Positions 62,523-64,000 of a DNA stretch of 64,000 nucleotides are shown one piece after another. Source of the DNA: a virus; UHGV virus genome UHGV-0023958. One strand, written 5' to 3'. The position numbers were made by a program, and so were the translations under genes. The notes beneath the pieces are model-generated. The model ran no database searches. It had not been told where the DNA came from and saw only the letters and a list, made by a program, of their open reading frames with translations. Each line of letters starts with the position of its first letter. Position 1 is the first letter of the stretch.

Positions 62523-64000
62523 ATAAAGAGCAGTTTGTTGTTGGTATTACAGAAAAATACCCAGAAGAGTTACTCGAAGGGCGAATGACGATTGAAGGGA
62601 ATTACCTCGCGTGTTTGTTTTCTGATTTAACTTATTATGACGATATTAAACAATGCGTAACAGAAAATAATTTCATTACGCAGCAGGGTAGATTTTTGTT
62701 TTGCTTAATTCGCAGTTTACGTGAGAAAGGTTTCTCGGTAACGGACGAGGTAACGATTTTGTCTAACTGCGAAGAAACTGTTAAAGACCGCCTTGATGGA
62801 ATGGGTGGCTTTAGAGCAATTCAGAAATTGATGAGTGTTGTTGATATTAAAAACTGGGATGCAATTGCAGATAAGTTCAACAAGAGTAATGTAATTTTAA
62901 AATTATACGACAACGGGTTCAATCTCTTTGAAAAGGTAACGCTCGATAAAGGCAAGGAAATAACTCCGATTAAGTTGTTTAAGAACTTCGAGTGCCAAAA
63001 CGTAATTGATTGGTACGAAGAAAGACTTTCCAAAATTTCCATTGATAATAATAATTCATCAAGTAAAATTACTGGAGAAGAGTATATTAGTTTTGATGAC
63101 GATTTTGTAGCCGATTTAATGAAAGGTGAAGGCGCAGGAATTTCTTTCGGCGATGCTGGGAAAGATGTAAACGGCGATGATATTTATATGTACCCGTTTT
63201 TATCTAAAAATATTCTTGGTTTGGCAAGAGGAACAACAACGGCTTTGGCAAGCCATTCTGGCAATGGTAAAACAACGCTTATATTAAATATCGTATTTTC
63301 ATTGATAGCACATGGACAAAGAGGAATTTTTGTTACAAATGAAATGACGATTAAAGATTTAAAAGTTATTATGCTTTTAATTATATTGACAAGATATTTT
63401 TGTTATTGGAAGATTAATAAGAAAAAGTTGAAGACAGGCGATCTTACAGACGAAGATAGAGATATGATTAGAAAGGCAAATCAATACTGGAAAGAAAATA
63501 TGGCAGACGCGTTAAAGATTGTTTCGATGTCTGACTCGGATGCGAATTTAAGTAATCAGCTTATTCGAAAGGAAGCTTTAAGAAACGGGATTGATTTCTT
63601 TGTTGTTGATACTTTTAAATTAAGTTTGGGCGAAGGGAATACAAATGATAACTTTTGGATCAATCTTATTAAAGACGCTCGCGCTTTGGACTCGATTGCG
63701 AAGAAACAAAATATGATTGGCCTTTATACGATTCAGTTGACAGCTACGAGTATCGGAGATTTGTTTTTGACAGAAAGTGCTTTGAGTAATTCAAAGCAGA
63801 TAAAGGAAGTTCTTTCGAATTTGATTATTATGAGAAAGATGTACCCCGAAGAGTTTGAGCCTGGAAGTCCTTACGATTGCAAACCGTTCCGCTCGCAGTT
63901 GCAAGAGGACGGAACTTGGAAGGAAGAGGATTTTGTTCCAGAAGAAGATAAAACTTATCGCTGCGTGCTCCTTAATAAAACGAGAAGCGGAGCTGACAGT
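62516..64000 (+). CDS. dnaB: DnaB-like replicative helicase (3'-truncated by the window end)
   Basis: Walker A SHSGNGKTT and Walker B DFFVVDT. The DnaB C-terminal pattern LGLARGTTTALASHSGNGKTTLILNIVFSLIAHGQRGIFVTNEM is present. The frame is open to the window end. Confidence 0.75.
   Translation, partial: MLNKEQFVVGITEKYPEELLEGRMTIEGNYLACLFSDLTYYDDIKQCVTENNFITQQGRFLFCLIRSLREKGFSVTDEVTILSNCEETVKDRLDGMGGFRAIQKLMSVVDIKNWDAIADKFNKSNVILKLYDNGFNLFEKVTLDKGKEITPIKLFKNFECQNVIDWYEERLSKISIDNNNSSSKITGEEYISFDDDFVADLMKGEGAGISFGDAGKDVNGDDIYMYPFLSKNILGLARGTTTALASHSGNGKTTLILNIVFSLIAHGQRGIFVTNEMTIKDLKVIMLLIILTRYFCYWKINKKKLKTGDLTDEDRDMIRKANQYWKENMADALKIVSMSDSDANLSNQLIRKEALRNGIDFFVVDTFKLSLGEGNTNDNFWINLIKDARALDSIAKKQNMIGLYTIQLTATSIGDLFLTESALSNSKQIKEVLSNLIIMRKMYPEEFEPGSPYDCKPFRSQLQEDGTWKEEDFVPEEDKTYRCVLLNKTRSGADS

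Noticed and set aside
1-64000. CRISPR arrays, rRNA genes and additional tRNAs
   Set aside because: No spaced direct-repeat arrays and no rRNA-like conserved blocks were seen. The only cloverleaf-forming sequence I could find by eye is the tRNA(CUA) at 58611-58685, and a program scan could still reveal others.

Overview
This looks like a phage or prophage segment of about 33-35% GC, with every credible gene on the + strand. The headline call is that TAG is a sense codon here, probably read as Gln. The host looks Firmicutes-like and anaerobic: almost every gene has an AGGAGG-type ribosome-binding site, five promoters share the form TTGAC(A/T)-N17-TGnTATAAT, the tail-fibre proteins carry 'LEKG..AT.Y.PY'-type junction motifs, and NrdD/NrdG/NrdH/dUTPase are present. 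Gene order, left to right: a truncated upstream gene, then a GIY-YIG homing endonuclease (possibly inside a group I intron); putative portal, prohead protease/scaffold fusion and major capsid protein; an inserted DUF559/Vsr-like endonuclease cassette; neck/tail-tube-like genes; three large tail-fibre genes; a holin-like membrane protein; a RuvC-like resolvase and a tyrosine recombinase; two chaperone-like genes; a 2,774-codon tape measure gene; distal-tail, baseplate and fibre genes; dUTPase, NrdH, NrdD, an HNH endonuclease and NrdG; a membrane protein and a DNA methyltransferase; a tRNA with anticodon CUA; and SSB-like, Sak4-like and DnaB-like replication genes. I found about 66 in-frame TAG codons, including 35 in the tape measure gene alone. 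No gene ends only at TAG: the terminal stops used are TAA and TGA. A cognate amber-suppressor tRNA(CUA) with Gln-type identity elements sits at 58611-58685, behind its own promoter and a perfect 18-bp palindrome. The TAG codons are confined to a tail/tape-measure block and a few small or mobile genes, while the head, the three tail-fibre genes and all replication and nucleotide-metabolism genes carry none. No CRISPR array, rRNA or convincing minus-strand gene was seen. All homology statements come from motif recognition by eye, not from database searches.
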